A DNA stretch of 56,706 nt from Batkoa obscura (Eukaryota). Position numbers and translations under genes: made by a program. The notes under the pieces are model-generated. The model was not told the DNA's origin, did not search any database, and saw nothing but the letters and a program-made list of their open reading frames with translations. Where the stretch lies: positions 1-56,706 of the forward strand of contig JASVEC010000106.1 of the NCBI GenBank assembly GCA_030770535.1, read 5' to 3'. Below, in pieces: positions 40,271-51,776 of the stretch (its first letter is position 1; every line of letters begins with the position of its first letter).

Positions 40271-40797
40271 AGCAAAGTTTAGTTATTAAGGGCTTTTTCA
40301 TAAACTTGAGATTTTTTTAGTATTGTTTTTCGTATAAACTATATCAACTTATTGACTTCTAAAAATGTTGATGTTTTTTAGTAGTATTAGCAAGCAATGA
40401 CTCAATAGTCTTATTTATTTTATTATTTGAAATTTTAGGCATAATTAGAGGTCTCAATTATAAAATACTTTTTATATTGTATATAAAGATAAAACTCTTT
40501 AAGTGTACCCATAATAAGATTTTAGTCTAGTACTACTTATGATTTAGCTGATATTAGTAAATTTTTAGAGAAAATAATAAAAGTTTCAGACTACCTTGTA
40601 TGCTATATCTGGATATTGATAAACCATAGATTATAATATGCAAAAAGTAATACTAACTAATTTGTTATTAATTTAATAGCTTATTATATAGTATTCAAAG
40701 GTTTTATTGATTATAATGTTAATAGCTGAGTTCCTTTAGCTTATTGTAGTATATTAAAGTAAATTGACCTAACACTTTTAAGATGTTTTAATTATAT

Positions 40798-40895
40798 GGG
40801 GGTGTTTTTTTTTGACTTCTTTATTTTTCTATCTTTTAAGCGCTATTTAAGCGGAAAAATTGGTAGTAAAATTGTTGGACATAACAATACACCCC
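40798..40895 (-). mobile_element. MITE
   Basis: Family match, TSD ATAT. Confidence 0.88.
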
Positions 40896-41163
40896 ATATA
40901 ATAGTTGGGAACTATGTTTTATAAAGAATTTAGTATCTAAAAGGAAGTCGTAATTTTTGCTTTCTAATATTATTACTCGAAAAGCTAAAACTAGCTTTTC
41001 AAACTTAACAAAAACTGATAAATATGCCTTTTCTTTTAATGCTCTATCAAACGATTTAGTATAAAATTGATAAAGGGTTTATTATTTAATGATATATATA
41101 TTTTTATAAATTACCATATTAATCTAAATATAATTAGTAGAATTAGCTTTAGCATCAAAATCT

Positions 41164-41256
41164 GGAGATGTTTTTTGATTTCATTGTTTTTCCATTTTTA
41201 AGCACTATTTGAGTGGGAAGATTATTAGTAAAATTCTTACACAAAAAAGCACTCCC
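41164..41256 (-). mobile_element. MITE
   Basis: Family match. Confidence 0.85.
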
Positions 41257-41816
41257 ATTATCAAAAGGATGTCTATTTGAATTCTAGTAGTTTTTGATAA
41301 TATTTTTAAATATGATTTCCAAATTTAATTCTTTAATTAAGACCTTGTTTAGGGGAATTAAGATAAATGGTATTAATCAAGTACTAATATATATTTTTAG
41401 TTTATTTTATATAGAAAACAGTTTAAACAAATCAATAGTTAAATATAAAGTTTGGCAATCTCATTTATTAAAATAGAGTCAGAAGCATTAATAAAGTTAT
41501 TAAACAACTTATTATTAGAGTTGATAAACTTCTTAATGCTATTATTATCAATACCATTATAATTAAAGTGGTTAGTTAAGGTTACTTTCATTAAGACATC
41601 TCCTATTATAAGTATTTTTTAAAAAATAGTATTTAAAAATACTGCTTTCTAGTTTTAATTTAGTATAACTAGTATCAGTGTCTCTGTTTATCATAGTTCT
41701 ATAGCATCTAGTAAATACCTGGGATTTATAATAGTTAGCATAATGTTTGTTAAGTGGTGGCAAAGCAATAGGAGTATTTATTATCATTTATTTTTTTATT
41801 TATATAATTAGTATAT

Positions 41817-44196
41817 GGGGTTGTCTGAATTAGTTTCATTATTTTATCCAATTTTTGAAAAATGTTGTATTTTAAAAACTTCGCTTAAAATTCTATAAAA
41901 TCATATCTTTATTAAAATGAAAGTACCCGGACACAGTTCTAAATCATTACATTATAGTTTATACTATAAGTTAGTTGAATTTCTACTAGATCTTAAATAC
42001 GTGTTCTTATAAAACTTTATTGAGAAATATTTATTATCAACTGCTTTATAATCAACCATTGGAGATTTGTTATCAAACAAATAAACTATTTTAATGTTAT
42101 AATTACATTATTAATATATTCCCAAGTTAATAAATAGCTGGCATGGGAGGGAGTGATTAGCCCCAAAACTATAATTAACCTTCCCTATATAGTACAAGTA
42201 ATAATAATATTTACATATTATTACAATTACTTGTTCCTTGAGTATTATTCAACAAACTACTTTACCTGCTTAGTAAATATCAAAAGTTTTTAATTCAGTT
42301 ATTTTCGCAAGGTAAACTGGGATTGATCTTTTAATTTTTCTGTTTTACATAAACTCTATAACTTTAATTGGAACTATATCGCTTTTTTTGATGTATCAGA
42401 TACCGGATAACAATGTAGTTTATTGTTATGTTTAATAAAGTGTAAATACTTCTTAATCCCCTGCATCTTTATTACTCTTTTTGTATTTCTGTTTCTTTTA
42501 TACTTTTTAAAAATCATATCTGTTTTCCCATTTTACTAACAGTCGAGTTATTAATTTTATTATGCTCGCAAATAAAAGCCTCAAATCTTGAAACTAATCA
42601 ATTGATATCTTCTATTTTACCTAATGCTTCAAAACTACTTTTCCATTTTGAAAGGTTCCCAAAATGTCCATCAACTATACTTTTTCTATGATGCTCAGCA
42701 AAAAAATTAAGACCAATATTTAAACTACTGTTTATTTTATGGATTTCTTTAAATATATAGTGTAGAAACTCTTGGGATCTAAAATGATTTCCTGTATCTG
42801 CCCATATATTAATTTTTGTAAACTTTTTAAATAAAAGCTCTGTAGAGGTTAAATCAATTCAACAGTCTCCTGCATATGCTGAATCATGATTCAATATTTC
42901 AGATAAATAATCAAAGTAAACTTTGCCTATTGTTTTATCATCTTTTAAATATAATACTCCAAAACCTAATACTGATATAGCTTGTTTATTATAATGATCT
43001 AGATTTATTGAATCTGGTCTTGTTCCTATTTCCATATTTTTTAAAATCTAAAACTATTATACAACTTTTGTTATTTAATTTTTTGATAGTTTCATTAAAT
43101 GTGTTTTTTTGAGTATCAACACATAATTTATGTAATTTATATAATTTTTCTTCTTCGTTGAAAACTTCTTGTATCTCTGCTTTGTTTTTTGCTGTATTTA
43201 CTTTATTTTCAAATAACTTTTTCTAACTGTATACTGAGCACATATATTACATAGATCCGTTTTTCTTGCTGGATTTTTGAAATTACCTGGTATATATTTA
43301 AAGAACGTTGACCTAGCTACTGCTTTATCTCTTAGATCATTCAAATATTTACTGTATATCATCCTTCTACTTTTATTTAATATATATATTATCTGATGAA
43401 TATTTACTATCGTTATTTTTTTTATTAAATCTTGATGAAATAGTTGAATCATATAGTAAATATTGTATAATAGTTTCAATTTGGTCATCTTTAGTTTTTT
43501 TTGTATTTTTAACAATAGGTTGTAATGTTGATATTTTATTATTATTATTTATTTTTGAATAATCATTTTGATTTCTGTTTATATTAAACCCAAAACTCTT
43601 ACATTCATCAAAAGAATATACTGAAGCTATAGTTGATAATAACTCTACTTGCTGGTTTTTGTTTCCTGTTTCCCTTAAAGCACTAATTTTATACATTACT
43701 TGATCAAGTTTATTATTATTATCGATAGTAAACTTTGATAATATATCTTTTCTTTGTTTGTTTTATTATAAGATTCCATAAACCTTGGGTTGTTATAAGT
43801 AGCTCTTAAAATTGATGTAAATGAATTACAATGTTTATATTGTGTACTCCTCCCTATCGTATTGAAATTTTCAAAAATTCCATTTCGAAGTTTAGTTATG
43901 AAAGTCTCCATTTTATTTTTATTTTGACAAAAAATAAAGTCAAATAAGTGTATTTATATAATTATATAATCATATAGTTATATATTATATATCTATTAAA
44001 TACCTAACAGAACTAACATAAAATATATAGTTAGGAAAATTAGCTATTTAAGAAAAGGAAACAATCAAAATAAGTTTTAAATAGAGACATTTAATTTTAG
44101 GCTTTTTAGATTTAACCGTTATATTTGGACGCAAACTTGAAATTTTAATTTTGGATTAATTTCTAAGTAGATTCTAAAACCAATTAGGACAGCCCC
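41817..44196 (-). mobile_element. Full-length (2380 bp) Sola2-like DNA transposon, copy E, with defective transposase
   Basis: Left TIR GGGGTTGTCTGAATTAGTTTC and right end AAACCAATTAGGACAGCCCC, with an ATAT TSD on both sides. Minus-strand transposase fragments run 43911 to ~42220. Confidence 0.85.
42220..43911 (-). pseudogene. Sola2-like DDD transposase pseudogene (~565 aa when reconstructed)
   Basis: Across frameshifts: TDLCNIC, CIIVLDFK(Q)N, NHDS, IWADTGNHFRSQEF, FFAEHH(R/G)KSIVDGHFG and GIKKYLHF. Several frameshifts and two in-frame TGA stops. Confidence 0.75.
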
Positions 44197-44200
44197 ATAT

Positions 44201-44370
44201 GGAGATGTATTTTTTGGCTTCAGTACTTTTTCCATTTTTAAATGGGAATATATTTTTTTATTTAAAGATTTTACTAGCAACTTTCCCACTTAAACAGTGC
44301 TTTAAAAATGAAAAAGCGATCAAATCAAAAGAAACATCACCAAATGTTATTTGAGCGGAAAATTTGTTAT
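44201..44370. mobile_element. MITE (44244-44341, TSD AAAT) nested in another MITE that abuts the TSD of copy E
   Basis: The outer element resumes (GTTATTTGAGCGGAAAATTTGTTA) after the inner one. Confidence 0.8.
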
Positions 44371-44497
44371 ATTTTAATAAAACTTTCAAGTTTGCTTTTA
44401 TTTTAACTTTGAAATTATAGTTATCTATAAATACTTTTTTAGAAAAGTTTCAGTTATTGGATAAGTTATTAAATAAAATCGTACATTAAGGAAGTTT

Positions 44498-44620
44498 CAT
44501 GAAATATTGCTTTGTCAGCTCTATGATTGGCTATAACATAATTAGTTAAGTCGTTGTATTTTGAAGTTCAGGTATATCAGTCCCAAGCTTTTGTTTTGAT
44601 TTACTATGAGAATTTCTATC
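44498..44620 (+). mobile_element. Left part of a split LTR-like element
   Basis: Aligns with 29755-29880 in the same orientation. Preceded by GTTT and ends at a MITE. Confidence 0.7.
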
Positions 44621-44624
44621 ATAT

Positions 44625-44723
44625 GGGGATGTATTTTTATGTTTAAGAATTTTACTAACAAATTTTCCGCTTAAATAATGCTTAAAAAATGAAAAAAATA
44701 ATGAAGTCAAAAAAAACACTCCC
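44625..44723 (+). mobile_element. MITE, left inversion breakpoint
   Basis: TSD ATAT. Near-identical to the reverse complement of 45583-45680. Confidence 0.92.
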
Positions 44724-44994
44724 ATATTTATAATTTAAGCAATATTATAAAAGCGCTGTCCTTGATATTGAACATTAAGTTATAAACATTGTAGCTTCAT
44801 TTGCTTAGTACAACTAGATAACAAGGCAAAAAAACCGTTATAAGATCTAATACCGAGTAGTATAACGTTATATACTTTGTACTGGAATTGACTTAAATAA
44901 TTTTCCTAATAATAATAACAAAAATAAGTTGTTGCATAATGCTTTTTAAATTACTTAATATACATTTTATAAGCAATTTTCATTTTTACTATAT

Positions 44995-45093
44995 GGGGAT
45001 GTATTTTTGTGTTTAAGAGTTTTACTAAAAAAAATTTCCACTCAAATAGTGCTTAAAAGACCGAAAGAGTAATGAAGCCAAAAAAGCATCCCC
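44995..45093 (+). mobile_element. MITE
   Basis: TSD ATAT. Confidence 0.9.
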
Positions 45094-45248
45094 ATATATA
45101 ATCTAAGTTAATTTTAATTTTTTATCGAATCCAGATAAAATTACTGCTATTACTTTTATTAAACGCTTAAAAGTTTATCTTATTTCTAATAACTGGACCT
45201 ATAAATATCGTTTTTAATAGGTGTTAAGTTAATTACAAATAAACAAAC

Positions 45249-45580
45249 TGTGGAATCTGGTACTCAGTGGTTAGAGTCAAAAGCAAAAGCAGCTCTTTGT
45301 TTGATTAAACTAGTCGTAAGTCCAAAGATCTTAGTTTATATGACTAAGATGGGCCTAAATTATGAGGAACAGCACTTAGTAGGCTACAAAATATAAGACA
45401 AGTATAATAAATAATACTAATGTAAAACCTACATAAGATACTATCAGAAAGATTTAGTGGCTTTATTAGAGGTACAATATAGAGGGTAATTCAGTTAAAA
45501 GTCTCGAGTTACTACGTTCTAAAATCTCTTTTATACTTCATGGATATCAAAACGGGGGAGATAATGTCCCTCGGAATCAT
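45249..45580 (-). mobile_element. Right part of the split LTR-like element, inverted
   Basis: Aligns with the reverse complement of 29880-30219 (shared TAAGATACTATCAGAAAGATTTAGTGGCTTTATTA). Flank AAAC is the reverse complement of GTTT. Confidence 0.75.
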
Positions 45581-45582
45581 AT

Positions 45583-45680
45583 GGGAGTGTTTTTTTTGAC
45601 TTCATTATTTTTTTCATTTTTTAAGCATTATTAAGCGGAAAATTTGTTAGTAAAATTCTTAAACATAAAAATACATCCCC
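45583..45680 (-). mobile_element. MITE, right inversion breakpoint
   Basis: TSD ATAT. Confidence 0.92.
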
Positions 45681-45744
45681 ATATTATATTTTAAAATATT
45701 TTTATAGTTTAAAAGTCTAAATTAAAGTGCTGAAACAGTAATAT

Positions 45745-45816
45745 GGGATGTATTTCTTTGCTTGACAATCTTACAGTAATCTTTCCGCTCAAATAGAGCT
45801 TAAAAAATATATCCTC
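45745..45816 (+). mobile_element. MITE, internally deleted
   Basis: GGG..CTC termini, TSD ATAT. Confidence 0.75.
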
Positions 45817-47059
45817 ATATGTTCTTTTTTCAATACTTTATATACTATGCAATTCCCTTACAATTAGCTGCTGATTGCTTTTTATTTAATGCAATTCGTT
45901 TTTTTAAAACATTATTAAAATTAATGAGCTGGTTAACAATAGTTATTAAATCATTTGTCTGTTATAGATAGCTAAATCTTGTTTTAAAGCTAAAGTTTTG
46001 GTATTATTGATTGGTATAAATATAAAAAATTGCCTAACATAAGATAAATAATGATTATGCTTATTAATTCTAGTTATTAATAGTTCATTAAGCTTTGAAA
46101 AAGTAGTTCTCATTTTTTTTATTAATATTTATAGTTTTAATAATATGGGAATCTTAGTGAGTTTAAAATACAAAACAGTATCAAGCTAATATAACTCGGT
46201 TTTAAAATTTTTTACTTTTCTTACCAAGCCTTTGTAGATTTTATCGCTAATAGTGTCTTTAAGCTTTTGGTTAAATTTGTTTAATTTGTTAGCATGAGAT
46301 TCATTTAAAAAGGCAGTGGCACTATTATTTTAATTAATAATCATATCCAAAAATAAGCACAAGTAATTTAAGCACTGGAGTCGCTATTTTGGCACTGCTT
46401 TTGAATAGAAAAATCATTATTAAAAACATGCATAAGGATACCTTCATAAGTAGTTAGCTAGGTTTATAACATCAGAAAGTAGCTTCAGCTTAGTTTAAAG
46501 CATCAGTATTTATTTCTAGAGTGAAAATACTAGCTTCTTTATCATTATCACTACTTATATTATATTTAGTAATAGTTAATTGTTATCAGGAAAACACCTT
46601 AAGTCAAAAAATAAGGTATAAAGCTCTTATTGCCTATAGTTTGTAGATTAAAAAAAACTAAAAGCTCGAGGTGATTATTATATGGTAATAACTGTAAAAA
46701 AAGACACAAAAGCTACTTAACATAATTATAAAAGCTTTTCAAGTTATAAGCATCAAATATAAAAGTTGATATACATACCAATTAGAATTAAAAGCAATTT
46801 TTGCTCAATCAACTAGTTATAAGTCAAAAAGTCTTGTTTATATAATTGAAACATAACTAAATTATGAAACATAGCATATAATAAGCCATAAACTATATAA
46901 AATAAAAGACACTACTATAAAATTCATACGAAATATTATTAAGAATAGCTTCGTTAAAAATGTAACATCAAAAAATAATCTAATAAAAAAGTTTCAGATT
47001 ATCATAAAGGATTCTTTTAATATTCTAGCTAAGTCGTTATGTATACTAAAAAAAGATAT

Positions 47060-47155
47060 GGGGATGTATTTTTTTAAGAATTTTACTAACAATTTTTCCG
47101 CTTTAAGTAGCGCTTAAGAAATGGAAAAAGTGATGAAGCCAAAAAAGGCATCCCC
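47060..47155 (+). mobile_element. MITE
   Basis: GGGG..CCCC, TSD ATAT. Confidence 0.9.
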
Positions 47156-47249
47156 ATATGTTTTTTATAATTAGGTGGTAGAAATTCTTACAGTAAGTCA
47201 AAATAAAAAAATTTGAGTTAACTATACAGCTGGTAATATTTTGCAATAT

Positions 47250-47341
47250 AGGAATGTATTTTTTGTTCAAGAATTTTACTAATAATTTTTCTGCTTAAAT
47301 GGCGCTTAAAAGATGGAAAAAGTGAAGTCAAAAATTATACT
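47250..47341 (+). mobile_element. MITE, right end eroded
   Basis: Family match. Confidence 0.8.
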
Positions 47342-48552
47342 TTTTATTTTATTAATTAGTTTTAAAACTTTTTGATTTTTTTATAATTATTAAATCTAAA
47401 TTAATAAAAGTTAATAAAAAAGCTTAGACAACACTTATTAAAAAAACTAATATACAAATTTAATAAAATAGTTTAACATAATAAAAATACTTAAAATTAG
47501 GTCAGTTATTATAATAATTGGTTTTTGAAATTTAAAATAAAAAGTAATATGGTAGCCTAATACCAAAAATTATACCAGTTAAATAAAAGTTATTTTTTGG
47601 TATTAAATTTTAGTTATTTGTTTGATTTATAACAAAATAATACTTGCATTTTGGTTTTTTTACTGACAAAATTTTTCAAAACAATAAACAAGCTTATACT
47701 ATTTGATATAAATTATTCAAAAAGTGAAAATCAATGTAGATAGCTTTGGTTAGGAATTTAATAAACATAAAATAATATCAACGTATGATTTTATTAATTA
47801 AATTCCTTAAAAATCAAACAATGATCACAGCTATAATGAATAATAGCAAAACACCTAGTCAAGTTTTTATAGTTTCTTTGATTCCCAGGTCCGTTCTTAT
47901 TTTTACCACTTTTACTTACTCCATCTTTAATTTTGAATATAAATTATGCTTATTCTGGAGTCCAAGCTTCTTGAAAGTCCTCAATTTGTATAAAACTACC
48001 CAAAAAATTATACCTGCTATCTTTTGGGTGGTTCTTTATATCATGTAGTATAATCATTATTAAGGACTGGCTCAATATGTAAATACTTATTCTCCATAAA
48101 CATATAATTTAATTTAGAACAACAGCTAATAGTTTTATTAATTAATGTTTTGGGCTCCTAATGGATAATCTATACAATTTAAATAGTCATATGGAGAGCC
48201 TAAATTTTTGCAAGTGTAGCTATTATAGACCATTTTTTTCTATATAAAGGAAAATTAAGATGAAAAATGAGTGGTATTATTTTGATCGGTTTCTCTAGTG
48301 ATTTTTAATAAGTATTCTTTTATTGTTTCTCCAAGAGTAAAAATCATGTTTACCAAAAATAAGCTGATATTTTTAATTTTCTATACCTATGAGAAATAAA
48401 ATATTTACCATTAAACTAATAGTTTTCTCTTATTTTCATATCTTTGAATATCATTGGCCTTTTAAATTGTTTAATTTGATATCTTTTGCTTAAATTTATT
48501 TTGGTTGATTAAATAAAAAATAAAGAGTTTAAAATTTAGCAGTCACTTTATC

Positions 48553-50074
48553 ATGGAATGTGAAAACTGTAATACAATCAAAAATAAAATGATATGCAAG
48601 AGTTGTATCAAAATAGAGTAAATCAATAATACTAATATAAAACCAACATAATAACACTTCTATTAGAATTAGAAATTTTCGAAAAGATCAATCATTAGGT
48701 GAACATGAAAGAAAGATTATTATTAAAAGGTTAGCTTCTCAATGGCCAACCCAATTAAATATACTACAAGCTCAAAGAGCTAAATTAAAACAATCAATAG
48801 ACTATAATTCTGAACTAAAGTCTCAAATTAGTGAAGCAGTTGCCCAAGGTAAGTGATCTTCACTCAATCGTTTTTAATGATTAACTTTTTATCTAGCTAA
48901 TAATAGGATAAAATACCTTCAAGAAGAAAATATGGTTAGAAAAGAAAGGTTAGATATTGTCAGGAAAAACTACCAAACTTATACTGCATTGGTCAATAAT
49001 CAGCAGAATACCAGAGAGACTAAACTTAAAGAAGGAGATAAAGTTGCTCAACAGAGATTACATCAGACAAGAAGAGCGCTTATATCTTCCCTCGGAGAAT
49101 TAGGAATCCATACAATAATCTTACCCACTATTTCATCAAGTAAAAAAACAACTTTAAATAAAGAAACAAGAACAGAGGATACCGCAAGATCAAGTAATTT
49201 AAATACAAATATTGATTACTTAAAAGCTACTAGTAATGAAATCCAAACAGTAGCTAGAAGAAGTTCACGCAATGATAGAGGACTACAGTTAAGGAATAAT
49301 AGTGAGCCTTTGGGCGGTGTGTTTTTTTCATTACATATTACAGTCCTAGTTGCAAGGTATTTAGGGGTTTCAATACCCTTTGATACAAAAGTAATTGGGC
49401 CATTTTCAACTATTTATTTAAAACATGATTACCCAGATTACCAGGAGTTTAAGTAAGGAATATAATAATACAGCTTTATATAATAAGTAAATTAACAAAC
49501 ACAATATTTTAGTTCAATTCCATTGTATGAAATAGAGTCAAAAAGGGAATATAAAGAGTTACTAAAAATCATGGTTAGTTATAATCAAATTTATCTCCAT
49601 TATTTACAGCTTTTGTCCCACGGAGTCAACCCTAAATTAAATAATTTAACCGAATATAGCTTGGAGGGCATAGGGACAGAAGGATTGATCATGTTTTTAG
49701 AGTCTTGTAAAAGAGGATGGGGAAATAAAACATTAAATAGCAATGCTTTATTAGGATCAGGTATTGATCCCACTTTTCGACCAGATTTTCATCAGTTTTT
49801 ATGGAAAATGAAAGGTGCAGCAAATGCAGTTGGGAAAAAAGGGGTTTATACGGTTCATGAAAACCATTTCTCATCAGAGATCCCTAACTCATTATTAGAT
49901 GAAGATTATGATACTGACTTTTCACATTCCCAGTTGCCTCCTGCTCATAAACTAACGAGTTCAAATGATGGTAAAGCTGGGGTTGAAAAACCAGATTTAG
50001 AAGATGAGGCCTGGGAAAGCGTTGACGTTGTTTTACCTCCCACACCAGCAGAACTAGAAGCGTTCGGTATTTAA
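48553..50074 (+). CDS. Atg14/Vps38(UVRAG)-like PI3K complex subunit, about four exons
   Basis: N-terminal CENC...CKSC zinc motif, a long coiled-coil, a BARA-like region (ARYLGVSIPF) and an acidic C-terminal EDEAWESV..LPPTP tail. GT-AG introns near 48618, 48849 and 49452. Confidence 0.7.
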
Positions 50075-50119
50075 TAAGAATTAATAATTTTATGGAATAT
50101 GTGTATTAATAAACTATTT

Positions 50120-50217
50120 GGAGATGTGTTTTTGTGTTTAAGAATTTTACTAACAATTTTCCCGCTTAAATAGTGCTTAAAAGATGGAAAAATAATGAAG
50201 TTGAAAAAAACACTCCC
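50120..50217 (+). mobile_element. MITE between convergent 3' ends
   Basis: TSD ATTT/ATTT. Confidence 0.9.
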
Positions 50218-50266
50218 ATTTATTAATAAAATGTCATGGAATTTAATAAATGATAAAAGTAATGTT

Positions 50267-51579
50267 TTATTCGACTTTTATTTGGGAATTTGCTTTTATA
50301 TTATTGTTCTTGTTATAATATTCTATAAATTCTTTTTTATCATCGATATTTAGAGTAAGCTTTCGGAGCTTTGAAACGTTACTCAATAATGAAGCAATTA
50401 ATTGAGTTCTATCCCCTTCATTTTCTTTTTCTTTAATATAACTATTAGCTTCTTCATTATTTAATATTTGAATTATAATATTGTTCTTAAATTGACTAAT
50501 TAGCTTAATAAAGTGAAAGCCCAAGTTACCAATAGGAAAAGTAGGAGAAAAATTATTGAACGGGTATCTAATAAGGGAGAATGAGGTTAATATAAATAGA
50601 ATTAATAAATATTAATAAATATTACTTTATATAAACAACGCGCATATTCAAATTGTCTTCATTTAAATCATTAAACAAATCTGTAATAGGCTTTAATACA
50701 CCTCTACCATTTGTTGAAGTACCCTTATAAGAAATAAGTAAATCAAAATGAAACTTCATAATAAATAATCTTACTTCCAAAAAAACAACAATAGGACCTA
50801 AACCTTCATTTTTAACACATTGTATGAATTCATTTAATTCATGACTATCATTGTCTTTTAGAATTGTTAATTTTCCGAAATTTATTACACTATTCCATAA
50901 TGTATCTTTTGAAAGTCTTCCAGTTTTTGAACAAATTTTTGTAAACACTGGGTTATACCTAAAATAATAAATAACTAAACATCATAACTAAACATGAAAA
51001 ATAAGCTTACTTCATTTGCAAATAAAGTAAGTCTAAATAAGATGAAGAATTAACAATAATTAATTCCCCAACTTTAGGTTGATTAACTTTAATTTTAGTT
51101 TTATTATTAATACCACGTTTTAAAGAAATTGAATTAGTTTTGATATTAAAAAAACCAAACAATAATAATAATAGTCTTATTGCTATACTTAGTATTATCC
51201 CTCGAAATAAAGGGTTAAGTAATTTCTATTAAATTATTAATTAATATTAACTTAAATATAACTTCACTTACGACACTCCCAATTTGATAACTAATAAAAC
51301 TAATGAGTGATAATAGTAATATAATGGGTAATTTAATAATAACTAATATTGTTCCAAATAAATAGTTTTTAACTACGTTGAAAATCACATTTAGTGTAGT
51401 TTCATTCTTTCTTTGAGGCTAGATTCAAGATTAATTAATGCATTTTTTCAATATTATTTGATTACAATTATTGGAAGGAAAGGTTGAATCCCGGTTCCTG
51501 GATCCTAATAATTTGTGTTAGTATTGTACCTTTAATAGTATATTGTATATATTACTCTCCATTTAGAATATTTTTCCAT
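50267..51579 (-). CDS. LOA1: Lysophosphatidic acid acyltransferase Loa1/Vps66-like, multi-exon
   Basis: N-terminus MEKYSKWR|DPGTGIQPFLP matches the family signature, followed by a TM segment and the acyltransferase motif VVFLE|GTSTNGRGVL. Confidence 0.85.
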
Positions 51580-51776
51580 CTTAATTTAAAATTTGTAAAA
51601 AAGCAATGTATGAGAGTAATTTGAAATAAATAAAACTCAGAACAAATCAAAAATTAGAAAATGTATTGATAAATTAACATTTTATTGTAATAAAAATAAG
51701 TTACATGCATAAAATTTTCTATAATTAAATATGCCTGCTGATAGTTAAATTTTTGTCTTCAAAATAAAATAGATAT

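Noticed and set aside
39300..41150. Highly decayed Ty3/gypsy pol (EYLDF, LYLDIDK resembling YLG and HPG motifs after C>T/G>A)
   Set aside because: Motif matches are too weak by eye. Needs tBLASTn or HMM after masking MITEs.
42595..42865. Two in-frame TGA codons in the transposase as selenocysteine or readthrough
   Set aside because: Copy D has TTA at one of them and the gene also has several frameshifts. Ordinary decay is simpler.
43190..43760. Shared frameshifts as programmed frameshifting or introns
   Set aside because: There are too many, no GT-AG pairs were found that restore the frame, and copy A retains an unshifted version of the nearby DFKQN lesion.
47785..48240. ORF 47785-48048 and short minus-strand frames nearby
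   Set aside because: No recognisable motifs, frequent stops, and no consistent splice model.
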